Part shown: positions 1-10,541 of the stretch, piece after piece
Position numbering within the stretch: position 1 is the first letter of the stretch
How the letters are laid out: each line of letters opens with the position of its first letter
Origin: Myxococcota bacterium
GTDB taxonomy: Bacteria > Myxococcota_A > UBA9160 > PR03
DNA: 43,998 bases
Direction of reading: 5' to 3'
Assembly (NCBI GenBank): GCA_041611735.1
Contig: JBFIML010000037.1
Location: 1 to 43,998, forward strand
Program-made: the position numbers and the translations under genes
The notes under the pieces: generated by a model
Told to the model about the DNA's origin: nothing
What the model saw: the letters and a program-made list of their open reading frames with translations, nothing else
Databases searched by the model: none

Positions 1-1249
1 CGACGAGCTCCACCTGGCCCGCCCGCGCCGAGGCGGCGATCTCCACCCGGTGACCGGAGGGGTCTCCGGGCGGCACGGCCTGGATGGCATTCAGCGCCAC
101 GTTCAGTACCACCTGCCCGAGCAGGTGCGCGTTGCCGTGGATCGGTGGCACCGGCTCCAGGCGCTCCACGATCTCCACCCGACCGCGGGCCTCCAGGCGC
201 AGCATGGGCAGCACGGAGCGCACCACCTCCGGGACGTCCACCGCCTCGAAGCGCGTGTCGCCGCGCCGGGCCATGCGCACGAGGCCCGAGGCGATGGTGC
301 GCACCCGCTCGATGCCCTCCCGACAGTCGGCGAGGATCTCGTCGGTCTCGTCCAGGTCCTCCTGCTTCTCCCAGAGCTCCTCCAAGTGGTTCAGGTTCGC
401 GCTCACGTAGGCGAGCGGATTGTTGATCTCGTGGGCGATTCCCGCCGCCAGGGTGCCGAGCGCCGCCAGCTGCTCGCCCCGCGCCAGCTGGAGGTCGCGC
501 GCCCGCAGCTCCTGGGCGCGCTGCTCCGCCCGGCGCTGCAGGCTGCGGGCGAGGCGCTCCACGTCGGCGCCCGAGCGGGCGAGACGCCGGGTGAGCAAGA
601 CGGAGAGCCCCAGCACCAGGGGCAGGTAGCCCCCGGCAAGAAGGTTCGGGGCCCGGTAGAGGCCGAGGCCCACCGCGGCGTCGCTCACCCCCGCCGCCAG
701 GGAGACGGCCAGCAGCGGCAGCAGGGGGCGCGCCGCCGCCTGGCCGCGCCACGCGCCCCGTACCCACAGCCCGGCGACGGCCAGCGACTCCGCGAGGAGA
801 GCCGCCACCACCCCAAGCCCGGTCGGGGCGAAGCGGCCCTGGTGGTAGGCGAGGTCGAGAGCGGGAATCCGCACGAGCTCCACGCCGGACACCAGCAGCC
901 CGTGGGGCGCGAGTGCCGCCAGGGCTGCGATGCCGGCCGCCAGGGCATCCGCCGCGCGCAGCGCGGCTCCCAGGGCGAGCTCCAGGTGACAGGCCGTGAA
1001 GCGCAGGAAGCCGAGCAGGATCAGCGCGGCTCCCGCCAGCCGCAGCCGCTCCAGGAGCTCCACCTCCGCCGGCCCCAGCGGGCCGTAGAGGCGGGCCCCT
1101 GCATAGGAGACGACGCCCATGCCGAGGGCGCTCGCGGCGATCCAAAGGTGGGCGCGGGCGGCCCGGTGCTGAACGAAGATCCAGCCATGCAGGGCCCCCG
1201 CGCACAGGCCCGCCCAGGCAGCCGCGAGCGAGACGGAGGCCGGGTCCAC
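1..1249 (-). CDS. Membrane-bound sensor histidine kinase (C-terminus runs off the window)
   Basis: Not in the ORF track because no stop lies inside the window. Read manually from GTG at 1249: hydrophobic multi-TM N-terminus, H-box LGTLAAGIAHEINNPLAYV (His codon 433-431, same frame) and N-box LGQVVLNVALNAIQA. Confidence 0.9.
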   Translation of the reverse strand, partial: MDPASVSLAAAWAGLCAGALHGWIFVQHRAARAHLWIAASALGMGVVSYAGARLYGPLGPAEVELLERLRLAGAALILLGFLRFTACHLELALGAALRAADALAAGIAALAALAPHGLLVSGVELVRIPALDLAYHQGRFAPTGLGVVAALLAESLAVAGLWVRGAWRGQAAARPLLPLLAVSLAAGVSDAAVGLGLYRAPNLLAGGYLPLVLGLSVLLTRRLARSGADVERLARSLQRRAEQRAQELRARDLQLARGEQLAALGTLAAGIAHEINNPLAYVSANLNHLEELWEKQEDLDETDEILADCREGIERVRTIASGLVRMARRGDTRFEAVDVPEVVRSVLPMLRLEARGRVEIVERLEPVPPIHGNAHLLGQVVLNVALNAIQAVPPGDPSGHRVEIAASARAGQVELV

Positions 1250-1258
1250 GTCGCGACG

Positions 1259-1284
1259 ATCGGCCCGGGCGAGTGGCTGCTTGA
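1259..1284 (-). promoter_or_regulatory. Putative sigma28 (FliA)-type promoter of the histidine kinase
   Basis: Minus strand reads TCAAG-N15-GCCGAT, ending 9 nt before the GTG start; resembles the sigma28 TAAA/TCAAG-N~15-GCCGAT(A) consensus. Confidence 0.5.
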
Positions 1285-1329
1285 GGGGTTCCGGCTTCGG
1301 CCGGCAGGGGCCCGCGGTATGCTCGGCCC

Positions 1330-1977
1330 GTGGGTTGGCTGGCTCTCGGGCTCGGCGTGGCGCTCGCCGCGGCAGGCGCGCGTCTGCTGGCCGGCTACCC
1401 GCGTCCCGCGAGCCGCTACCGGCGTCTCACCGCTCCCGAGGCCGCCATCGTGGCCGCCCTGGCGGATGCCGCCTTCCCGCCCGGAGGCGCCATCGAGCCC
1501 TCCGGCTGCGAGGCGGGCGTCCCGGGCTACGTGGACCGCTGGCTCGACGCCCTCCCGTCCCGCAACCGGCTGCTGATCCGGCTGCTGTTGTTCCTGATCG
1601 AGCACGCGACGCTGCTGTTTCCGGGGCCGGGTCTCGACGGCTGGCGGCGTTTCACGGCGCTGCGACCCGAGCAGCGGGTGGCCGCGCTGCGAGGCTGGGC
1701 CCGCAGCCGCATGCACCCGCGGCGCGTCGTCTTCACCAGTCTGCGCGCGATCCTGACCATGGCCTACCTGGGCTCTCCGACCGTGCTGCGGCGTGTGGGG
1801 TTGGCGCCACTGGCCATCCCGACGCCCATCGGGGATGCGGACCTGCTCTACCCGCGCGTCGGGGCGAGCCGCGCCAGCATCCCGTTCGGTCCCGACGACC
1901 GCACGTCCCCGAGCGACGGAACACCCCTCGATCCGCGGGGCCCCGTGCATCCGGACTACGCGGAGCCCTCGCCGTGA
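1330..1977 (+). CDS. Gluconate 2-dehydrogenase subunit 3-like partner of the GMC oxidoreductase
   Basis: 215 aa with N-terminal hydrophobic segment; 'EAAIVAALADAAFP...AGVPGYVDRWL...RRFTALRPEQRVAALRGW' pattern typical of small GMC partner subunits; GTGA overlap with the GMC gene. Confidence 0.7.
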   Translation: MGWLALGLGVALAAAGARLLAGYPRPASRYRRLTAPEAAIVAALADAAFPPGGAIEPSGCEAGVPGYVDRWLDALPSRNRLLIRLLLFLIEHATLLFPGPGLDGWRRFTALRPEQRVAALRGWARSRMHPRRVVFTSLRAILTMAYLGSPTVLRRVGLAPLAIPTPIGDADLLYPRVGASRASIPFGPDDRTSPSDGTPLDPRGPVHPDYAEPSP

Positions 1978-3515
1978 GCGATCCGCGCAGCGGGCCGGGC
2001 GAGCTGCGGGTCTTCGCCGACTACCAGCGAGACTTCGCCGACGCGGCGGACGTGGTGGTGGTGGGCTCCGGACCCTGCGGTGCGGTGGCGGCCAAGGAGC
2101 TGGCCTGCGCCGGCCGTCGCGTGATCCTGCTGGAAGAGGGCCCGCCCCTGACCCCGCCGGACTTCGAGCTGGACGGCGGCCTCTCCATGGCGCGGACCAT
2201 GCGCGAGGGAGGCTTGCGCTTCACCCGCGGCACGCCGCTCGCCACCATGCAGGCCGTGGCCCTGGGCGGCGGCTCGCTGGTGAACTCCGCCATCTGCGCC
2301 CGGGCTCCGGACTTCGTGCTCGACGAGTGGTGCCGCGATCACGACCTCGAACGCACCACGCGCGCCGACCTCGATCCCCATTACGATGCCGTGGAGAAGG
2401 AGCTCGGCATCGGACCCACCCCCGCCGACGTGCTCGGCGCGCGCAACCTGCTCTTCAAGCGCGCCTGCGACGCCCTCGGCTACTCGAGCGAACCCATGCC
2501 CCGCAACGTGCGCGGATGCCGGGGCAGCGGGGAGTGCTTCACGGGCTGCCGCAGCCGGGCCAAGCAGTCCATGGACCTGGCCTACGTGCCCGCCGCGCTG
2601 CGAGCCGGTGCCCGGGTGCTCACCTCCGTGCAGGTGCGGGAGGTGCTCGTGGAGGGGCGGCGGGCCGTGGGGGTGGGGGGACGCGTCGTGGCGCCCTTCT
2701 CGGGGCGCCCGGGCCCGGCCTTCCGGGTGCGCGCCCGGGCCGTGGTGCTGGCGGCGGGCTGCATGGCCACGCCGGTGCTGCTGCGCCGCAGCGGCGAGCT
2801 CGGCAACGGCTCCCGCCAGGTGGGGGAGAACCTGCAGTTCCATCCGGGTGTCGGCGTGGCGGGCGTCTTCCCGGAGCCCGTCGACCCGATCTTCGGCGCG
2901 ACCCAGGGCTACCAGTCGCTGCAGTTCGTGGAGGACGGCTTCAAGCTCGAGACCCTCTGGGCGCCGCCGGGGGTTCTGGCGGTGCGCACCCCCGGCTTCG
3001 GCCTGGAGCTGAAGGAGCGCCTGGCCGCCCTGCCGCGCACCGCGGTGTGGGACGCGATCGTCTCCTGCCGCCGCTCCCGGGGCCGCGTGCGGCCGCGGCG
3101 GCGCAGCCTCGACCCGGTGCTGAGCTGGCACTTCCACCCGGAGGACGTGGCGCGGGCGGCCCACGCCCTGCACGTGCTGGCGGAGCTCTTCTTCGCGGCG
3201 GGGGCCCTCCGGGTCCAGCCCGGGGTGCACGGGCTTCCCGATGAGATCGACTCCCCCGCAGCGCTCGAGCGGCTGCGCCGGCATCCGATCCGCGCCCAGG
3301 ACCTGGTCTGGGCCTCCACCCACGCCTTCGGGTCCACCCGCATGCACGGCGACCCGCGCCACGGCGTGGTGGACGAGGGGGGGCGCTGCCATCACGCCGA
3401 GGGCCTCTGGATCCTGGACACCGGCATCTTCCCGCTCAGTCCCGGCGTGAACCCGATGTTGACGGGGATGGCGCTGGCGCGGCGCGGGGCGCGGGCCCTG
3501 GCCGAGGCGCTCTGA
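1974..3515 (+). CDS. GMC family FAD oxidoreductase (long-chain alcohol oxidase-like)
   Basis: DVVVVGSGPCG FAD motif, LGGGSLVNSAI, Cys cluster CRGSGECFTGC, NLQFHP, STHAFGSTRM, GVNPMLT; start GTG 1974 overlaps the upstream TGA. Confidence 0.9.
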   Translation: MSDPRSGPGELRVFADYQRDFADAADVVVVGSGPCGAVAAKELACAGRRVILLEEGPPLTPPDFELDGGLSMARTMREGGLRFTRGTPLATMQAVALGGGSLVNSAICARAPDFVLDEWCRDHDLERTTRADLDPHYDAVEKELGIGPTPADVLGARNLLFKRACDALGYSSEPMPRNVRGCRGSGECFTGCRSRAKQSMDLAYVPAALRAGARVLTSVQVREVLVEGRRAVGVGGRVVAPFSGRPGPAFRVRARAVVLAAGCMATPVLLRRSGELGNGSRQVGENLQFHPGVGVAGVFPEPVDPIFGATQGYQSLQFVEDGFKLETLWAPPGVLAVRTPGFGLELKERLAALPRTAVWDAIVSCRRSRGRVRPRRRSLDPVLSWHFHPEDVARAAHALHVLAELFFAAGALRVQPGVHGLPDEIDSPAALERLRRHPIRAQDLVWASTHAFGSTRMHGDPRHGVVDEGGRCHHAEGLWILDTGIFPLSPGVNPMLTGMALARRGARALAEAL

Positions 3516-3602
3516 GCCCCTCCCGGGCCGGCGGGCGCCCGGCTACATCCCGGGGCCCGGTGCGCCGATGGGAGAGGGGATCGCCGCCCCGAGGAGCCGT
3601 CC

Positions 3603-3974
3603 ATGAGGTCCGGGCTCGCCCCGCTGGTGTTCCTGCTTCTGCTGGCCCCGGCCGCCCCGGCCGAGACCGGCGACGAGGCGGCCGCGTCCGACGAGGCTCC
3701 CGCCGCCCAGTCCGAGGAGCGCCGCGAGCGGGTGCGCTCCTGCCAGACCCTGCGCAAGCAGATCGCTCACTTCGAGGAGGTGGCCGAGCGGGCCCGCGAG
3801 CGCGACGACGAGGTCTGGGAGCAGGGGACCGAGCGCCACGTCGCAAGCCTGGAGGCCCGGGCCGAGCGCGTCTGCCCGCCCGACGACGACGACGGCGCCT
3901 TCGCGGCGCTGGGGCGGCTGGCGCGCGGCGCCGCCCGCACGGCGGTGCGCCTCTTCTCCGCCGGCGCGCTCTAG
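3603..3974 (+). CDS. Hypothetical secreted protein (helical, two Cys)
   Basis: 123 aa, GAGGAG RBS upstream, signal-peptide-like N-terminus ending APA, charged helical body. Confidence 0.65.
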   Translation: MRSGLAPLVFLLLLAPAAPAETGDEAAASDEAPAAQSEERRERVRSCQTLRKQIAHFEEVAERARERDDEVWEQGTERHVASLEARAERVCPPDDDDGAFAALGRLARGAARTAVRLFSAGAL

Positions 3975-4020
3975 CTCGTCCCCGCCAGGGGGATACACTG
4001 GGTCCTCGAGCGGAGGACCC

Positions 4021-4629
4021 GTGAAGCTCTACGACAGCCGCCTCGCCCCCAACCCGCGTCGCGTGCGCATCTTCCTGGCCGAGAAGGGCCTCGAGGTGCC
4101 CCGGGTCGAGGTGGATCTCGGCAAGGCCGAGAACCGCCAGCCCGAGTTCCTGGCCCGCAATCCCCTGGGCAGCGTGCCCGTGCTCGAGCTCGACGACGGC
4201 ACCTGCCTCTCGGAGTCCGTGGCCATCTGTCGCTACTTCGAGGAGACCCACCCGGACCCGCCGCTGCTGGGCACCGATGCCCGGGATCGCGCCTGGGTGG
4301 AGATGTGGCAGCGACGCATGGAGTTCGAGCTCTTCGTGACCGTCACCCAGTGCTTCCGCAACACCCACGACTTTTTCAAGGGCCGCATCCCCCAGGTTCC
4401 GGAGTTCGGCGAGGTGTGCCGCAGAGCCGCCGAGAAGCGCATGAGCTGGCTGGATGGGGAGCTGGCGAGCCGCGAGTTCGTGGCCGGCGACCGCTTCACC
4501 ATCGCCGACATCACGGCCCTGTGTGCCCTCGACTTCGGGCGCGCCGTGAAGATCCGGATCCAGCCGGAGCACAAGCACCTGGAGCGCTGGCACCAGACGG
4601 TCTCCGCGCGGCCGAGTGCCCGGGCCTAG
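4021..4629 (+). CDS. Glutathione S-transferase family protein
   Basis: APNPRRVRIFLAEKG, NPLGSVPVLELDDG, SESVAICRY, GDRFTIADIT; GGAGG RBS. Confidence 0.93.
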   Translation: MKLYDSRLAPNPRRVRIFLAEKGLEVPRVEVDLGKAENRQPEFLARNPLGSVPVLELDDGTCLSESVAICRYFEETHPDPPLLGTDARDRAWVEMWQRRMEFELFVTVTQCFRNTHDFFKGRIPQVPEFGEVCRRAAEKRMSWLDGELASREFVAGDRFTIADITALCALDFGRAVKIRIQPEHKHLERWHQTVSARPSARA

Positions 4630-5467
4630 GTCCCGCGGCGCCGGGGCGCGGGCGGTCTGGCTCGTGGTCCTGCTGCTGGCCTGCGGCCCCTCCTCCGAGG
4701 TGCGCGTCTACTCGGTCCGCGGTGTGGTGCGGGACGTGCAGCCGGAGCTCGGCCAGGTGGTGGTGGCCCACGAGGAGATCCCGGGCCTGATGCCCGCCAT
4801 GACCATGAACTTCGACGTGGCGGATGCCGGGCTCCTCGAGCGCCTGGCGCCGGATCAGGTGATCGAGTTCGAGCTCGAGGTCACGCCGAAGCGCTACCGG
4901 ATCCTGGCCGCCCGGGTGCGCGGCGAGGCCTTCGGGGGGCCAGAGGCTCCCCGCCTCGCGGGCGTGGTGGTGGAGCGCGAGCCCGCCCCGGCCTTCCAGC
5001 TGCTGGACCAGGACGGCCGCCCGCTGGCCCTGGCCCACCAGGCCGGCAAGGCGGTGCTGCTCGACTTCGTGTACACGCGCTGTCCCGGCCCGTGTCCCAT
5101 CCTGACCGGCCTCCTGCTCGACGTGCAACGCCAGCTCCCCGACGCGATTCGCCCGCGCATCCACTTCCTCTCGGTCTCCCTGGATCCCGCCCACGATACC
5201 CCGGCCGTCCTGCGCGATTGGGCCCAGGCGCGGGGCCTGGACCTGGCCCGCTGGTCGCTGCTGACGGGCTCGGTCCCGGAGGTGGAGGCCGTGCTGAAGG
5301 AGTACGGGGTCGGCTCCGTGCGCCAGCCCGGCGGCGAGATCGACCACCTGGTGGTGACCTTCCTGATCGACGGCGAGGGACGCATCGCCCGCCGCTACGT
5401 GGGGCTCGACCACGAGCCGGCGCGGATCGCGGCGGATCTCGTGCGGGTGGCCGGAGCGGGCTCGTGA
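4616..5467 (+). CDS. SCO/SenC copper chaperone fused to an N-terminal CusF-like copper-binding domain (probable lipoprotein)
   Basis: LLLAC lipobox-like; HEEIPGLMPAMTMNF (CusF-type His/Met motif); DFVYTRCPGPCP (SCO CxxxC) and distal His in IDHL. Exact start uncertain. Confidence 0.85.
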   Translation: MPGPRSRGAGARAVWLVVLLLACGPSSEVRVYSVRGVVRDVQPELGQVVVAHEEIPGLMPAMTMNFDVADAGLLERLAPDQVIEFELEVTPKRYRILAARVRGEAFGGPEAPRLAGVVVEREPAPAFQLLDQDGRPLALAHQAGKAVLLDFVYTRCPGPCPILTGLLLDVQRQLPDAIRPRIHFLSVSLDPAHDTPAVLRDWAQARGLDLARWSLLTGSVPEVEAVLKEYGVGSVRQPGGEIDHLVVTFLIDGEGRIARRYVGLDHEPARIAADLVRVAGAGS

Positions 5468-6597
5468 GACACGCCGACGTGGTGGTGGTGGGCGGCGGCG
5501 TGGTGGGCTGCGCCATCGCCTGGTTCCTGGCGCGCGAACGGGTCTCGGTGGCGCTGCTCGAGCGCGATGACCTGGCCAGGCACGCGTCCGGAGTGGCGGC
5601 CGGCATGCTGACGCCCATCGCGGAGGCGCGCGCCGAGGGTCCGCTGCTGCGGTTCGGGCTGGCGAGCCTGGCGGACTTCGAGGCGCTGGTGGCGGAGCTG
5701 CGGGAGCGCACCGGGGTGGATCCGGAGCACACGCGCTCCGGGCTGCTCTTCGCGGCGCGCACGCCCGCCGAGGCGGAGGCGCTCCAGGTCAAGGCGCGCG
5801 AGCTCGCCCACCTGGGCCTGGCCTGGGTGGCTCCTGAGGTGGCGCGTTCCCGGGAGCCCCAGCTGGCCCCGGACCTGCTCGGTGCGCTCTGGTCGCCCCA
5901 GGAGGGCCACGTGCGCGGCGGGCTCCTGACGCGGGCCTACGCACGCGCCGCCGAGGGACTCGGCGCCCGCCTGGAGCGGGGGACGCCGGTGATCGGACTG
6001 CTGCGGCGCCGCGACCGCGTGAGCGGGGTCCGCACGGCGGCGGGTGACTGGACGGCCGGGCACGTGGTGGTGGCCAGCGGACCCTGGGCGGGTGAGGTGA
6101 CCGGCTGGCTCGGCCTCGGGCTCCCGCTCCCGATCGTGCCGGTGCGCGGCCAGATCCTGGAGCTCGAGGGTCCTCCTGCGCCGCTGCACACGGTGCTCTG
6201 GGGCGAGGGCGTCTACCTGGTGCCGCGCCGCGACGGGAGCGTGACGGTGGGCGCCACCGAGGAGCGGGTGGGCTTCGACTGCCGCGTCACGGCCGAGGGT
6301 GTGCGGGGGCTGCTGGCCGCCGCCATCCGGCTCGTACCCGCCCTGGCCGACGCGCGCCTGCTCGGCGCCTGGGCCGGCCTGCGCCCGGACACCCCCGACC
6401 ACCTGCCCGCCATCGGGCCCCTGCCCGGGGTGCAGGGGCTGCTCCTGGCGGTGGGCCACTACCGCAAGGGCGTGCTCCTCTCGCCGGCCACGGGCCGCCT
6501 GGTGACGGACCTGGTGCTCGGGAAGGGCCTGCCGCCCGAGGCGCGGCCCTTCCTGCCCGCGCGCTGGTTCCAGGGCGCCGAGCCGGTCAGCTCGTGA
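5464..6597 (+). CDS. thiO: Glycine oxidase ThiO-like FAD-dependent oxidoreductase (DAO family)
   Basis: DVVVVGGGVVG, ASGVAAGML, PVRGQI, YLVPR, GLRPDTPDHLPAIG, GHYRKGVLLSP; GTG 5464 overlaps the upstream TGA. Confidence 0.8.
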   Translation: MRHADVVVVGGGVVGCAIAWFLARERVSVALLERDDLARHASGVAAGMLTPIAEARAEGPLLRFGLASLADFEALVAELRERTGVDPEHTRSGLLFAARTPAEAEALQVKARELAHLGLAWVAPEVARSREPQLAPDLLGALWSPQEGHVRGGLLTRAYARAAEGLGARLERGTPVIGLLRRRDRVSGVRTAAGDWTAGHVVVASGPWAGEVTGWLGLGLPLPIVPVRGQILELEGPPAPLHTVLWGEGVYLVPRRDGSVTVGATEERVGFDCRVTAEGVRGLLAAAIRLVPALADARLLGAWAGLRPDTPDHLPAIGPLPGVQGLLLAVGHYRKGVLLSPATGRLVTDLVLGKGLPPEARPFLPARWFQGAEPVSS

Positions 6598-7350
6598 GCC
6601 GGCGCCGGGTCACGCGGGCCGCGAGCACGAGCAGGGCGGCCGACATCCCCAGCACGTAGGCCACGTCCCAGACCAGCACCCACGAGAAGCCGCCCCCGAA
6701 GGCCGCCCGCAGCAGCCGCACGGGGTGCAGGAGCGGCAGCGCCTCCGCCAGCGTGAGCCAGCCGCCCGCTAGGCGCTCCTGCAGCGGGAAGAAGACGTCC
6801 GAGAACAGGAAGAGCGGCGTCAGGAAGAGCGTGAAGTAGAAGCTGAACAGGTCGATGCTCGGGATGCGCAGGGAGAAGGCGATGCCGAGCGCGGCGAACA
6901 GCAGCCCCGTCAGCGGGATCACCGGCAACGCCCACAGCGCCGCCGGCAACGGCGCCAGGCCGAGGACCGCCAGCACCAGGAAGAAGCAGCCCCCGTAGAT
7001 GCTGGCCCGGGTCACCGCCCACAGCACCTCGCCCGCCAGCACGTCCTCGGGCTCGATCGGGGTGGTGAGCATGGCCTCGTAGGTCTTCTCGAAGTTCAAG
7101 CGCACGAAGGCGTTGTAGGTGACCTCGAAGCTGGCTCCGTTCATGGCTGCCACCCCCACCAGGCCCGGCGCCAGGAAGGCCACGTAGGAGGTCCCGCCCA
7201 TGCCGGACACGTAGGCACCCACGCCGATCCCGATCGAGGCCAGGTAGAGGAGCGGCTCGAAGAAGTTGGGCAGCAGGTTGAGCTTCCAGGTGCGGCGATA
7301 CATGGTGAGGTTGCGCTGCCACACCGCCAGCGCGTGCCCCGGGGAGATCC

Positions 7351-7354
<4 letters not shown>
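6587..7354 (-). CDS. ABC-2 type exporter permease (NodJ-like)
   Basis: From GTG 7354: AVWQRN...FFEPLLYL...SYVAFLAPGL...TPLFLFSDVFFP, with about six TM segments. Confidence 0.88.
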
Positions 7355-8289
<935 letters not shown>

Positions 8290-8327
8290 GGCGGGCAGAA
8301 GCGTAGCGGGTGGGGCCGAGGCGGGGA

Positions 8328-9578
8328 TCAGGGCTTCATGACGGCGGCCACCCGGTAGTCGGCGGGTGCCGGTCGCGGCGGCTCGCGCCGCGCCATTGCC
8401 TTCTCGATGGCGGGCGCCAGGCGCTCCTGCTTGCGCTGCTCGCGTTCGTCCTCCCGCTCCCGGAACTCCGGCATCACCTCGCGGGCGAAGAGCTCCAGGG
8501 ACTCGCAGATGTGCTCGTGGCGGTTGCGGCCCGCCTGGGACACGAAGATGACCTGGTCGATGCCGACCTCCGCGTAGCCGCGCAGCAGGGTCCGGATCTG
8601 CTCCGGGGTCCCGATGGCTCCGCGCAGCGCCGCCACCGGGCCGCGTCGCATCTGCGCGGCGAGCGGCTCGCCGGTGCGGGCGGCGACGCTGCGATCGAAG
8701 CCGAGGGCGGCGCGCTTGCGGGCGAACTCGTCGGCGATGTTGGTGAGCCCGGGCCGGTGCTGGCCGAACACGTAGTAGTGGGCCAGCGAGAAGCCGAAGA
8801 AGTGCGCGCCGTCCAGGCCGCGCTCGATGGCCTCCTCCTCGCTTGCGTGGCAGAGCAGCGGGAGCACCACCGCGAGGTTCGCGTTCACCGCGAAGCCCGC
8901 GGGCACGCACGCGTCGGAAGCCAGGGTGGCGTAGTAGTCGTCCACCCAGGTCTTCGCCTCACCGGATTCGACGAAGGCGAAGGACAGCGCGCCGATGCCC
9001 TTGGTGGCGGCCAGGTGGATCGTCTCCCGGCGGCTGCACGCGACCCAGAGCGGCGGATGGGGCTTCTGGAGCGGCCTGGGCAGCACCGCCCGCGGCGGCA
9101 GGTCCAGGTGGCGGCCCCGGTAGCCGGCGAAGGGCTGCTCCACGAACATGCGCGTCACCGCATCCAGCGACTCCGCCCACTGCTCGCGCTTCTGCTCGCG
9201 TTCGATGCCGAAGCCCCCGAGCTCGAGCTCCGCGGACGACTCGCCGGTTCCGAACTCCACGCGTCCGTCCGAGACCAGGTCGAGGCTGGCGATCCGCTCC
9301 GCCACCCGGAAGGGGTGGTTGTAGGCGGGCGGGAGCTGAACGATCCCGTGGCCCAGGCGGATGCGCCGGGTGCGCTGGCTGGCCGCCGCCAGGAAGACCT
9401 CCGGGGCCGAGGAGTGGCTGTACTCCTCCAGGAAGTGATGCTCCACCTCCCAGACGCAGTCCAGGCCCAGGCGGTCCGCCAGCTCCACCTGCTCGAGCGC
9501 CTCCCGGTAGAGGCGGTGCTCGTCGTCGTCGCTCCACGGCCGCGGCAGCTGGTGCTCGTAGAAGATGCCGAACTTCAC
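8328..9578 (-). CDS. LLM class (luciferase-like) flavin-dependent oxidoreductase
   Basis: From GTG 9578: KFGIFYEHQLPRPW, WEVEHHFLEEYSHSSAPE, RVAERIASLDLVSDGRVEFGTG, PRPLQKPHPPLW. Confidence 0.92.
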   Translation of the reverse strand: MKFGIFYEHQLPRPWSDDDEHRLYREALEQVELADRLGLDCVWEVEHHFLEEYSHSSAPEVFLAAASQRTRRIRLGHGIVQLPPAYNHPFRVAERIASLDLVSDGRVEFGTGESSAELELGGFGIEREQKREQWAESLDAVTRMFVEQPFAGYRGRHLDLPPRAVLPRPLQKPHPPLWVACSRRETIHLAATKGIGALSFAFVESGEAKTWVDDYYATLASDACVPAGFAVNANLAVVLPLLCHASEEEAIERGLDGAHFFGFSLAHYYVFGQHRPGLTNIADEFARKRAALGFDRSVAARTGEPLAAQMRRGPVAALRGAIGTPEQIRTLLRGYAEVGIDQVIFVSQAGRNRHEHICESLELFAREVMPEFREREDEREQRKQERLAPAIEKAMARREPPRPAPADYRVAAVMKP

Positions 9579-10507
9579 CGGGGTGCCTCCGTCTCCAGCC
9601 GTTCCCAGCCGTGCCCCTCGTGTCCGAAGTCGAAGCGGTCCGGCTGGATCAGCTCCGTCAGGATCTCGAGCGATTCCGCCATGCGCGGCCCGGGCCGGTT
9701 GAAGTGCCGGTTTCCGTCGGCGAGGTACACGCGTCCCCGCGCCACGGCCCGCAGACGCGGCCAGTCCGGCTGCTCGAGCAGGGGCTTCATCTCCGTCCGG
9801 GTGCGGGCCCGCTCGAAGCCGCAGGGCAGGACCACCAGCAGGTCGGGGTCGGTCTCGCGCAGCGCCTCGAAGGAGATCCAGGGCGCCGCTGCGTCCGGGG
9901 TTCCGAGCACGCACTCGCCGCCCGCCCGGGCCACCAGCTCGGGCACCCAGAGCCCGGACCCCATCGGGGGATCGATCCACTCCAGGCAGGCGACCCGCGG
10001 CCGCCCGGCGGCGCAGCGGGCCTCGGCCGTCAGCACGTCGAGGCGCGTCTGCTGGGCCGCGCGCAGCGTCCGGCCCCGCTCCGGCACGCCGAGGGCGTCG
10101 GCCACGGCCACGAGACCGTCGAGCACGTCGGCCAGGCTCGCGGGCGCCAGGGACACGACCTGCGGGGGCTGGCCCAACCAGGCGGCCAGGGCCTCCTCCA
10201 GGTCCCGGGGCGTGACGGCGCACACCTCGCAGCGGGTCTGGGTCAGGATCCCGTCGGGCGCCAGGGTGTGCAGGCGCTCTGCGTCGACCTCGTAGACCGA
10301 GAGGGCACGGGAGACGAGCTGCTTCACGCGCGCGTCGATCACGTGCCCCGGCGCCGACGGGTCGAGACGCGGGGCCGTCACGGCCGGCAGCCGCTGCACC
10401 TCCGCAGGCAGGTCGCACGCGTGGGAGCGGGCCACCAGGCGCGACCGGCATCCGAGCGCGCAGACCGCCTCCGTCGCACCCGGCAGCAGCGAGACCACCC
10501 GTTCCAT
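9575..10507 (-). CDS. BtuF/cobalamin-binding-like type III substrate-binding fold protein, no signal peptide
   Basis: From ATG 10507: RVVSLLPGATE, RSHACDLP, ILTQTRCEVCAV, VACLEWIDP, PCGF, FNRPGPR. Confidence 0.85.
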   Translation of the reverse strand: MERVVSLLPGATEAVCALGCRSRLVARSHACDLPAEVQRLPAVTAPRLDPSAPGHVIDARVKQLVSRALSVYEVDAERLHTLAPDGILTQTRCEVCAVTPRDLEEALAAWLGQPPQVVSLAPASLADVLDGLVAVADALGVPERGRTLRAAQQTRLDVLTAEARCAAGRPRVACLEWIDPPMGSGLWVPELVARAGGECVLGTPDAAAPWISFEALRETDPDLLVVLPCGFERARTRTEMKPLLEQPDWPRLRAVARGRVYLADGNRHFNRPGPRMAESLEILTELIQPDRFDFGHEGHGWERLETEAPR

Positions 10508-10541
10508 GCGTCGGACCGCGATGCTACCCCATCCCGCGGAC

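Noticed and set aside
10508-10541. Possible cobalamin riboswitch upstream of the BtuF-like gene
   Set aside because: Only 34 bp separate the divergent starts, leaving no room.
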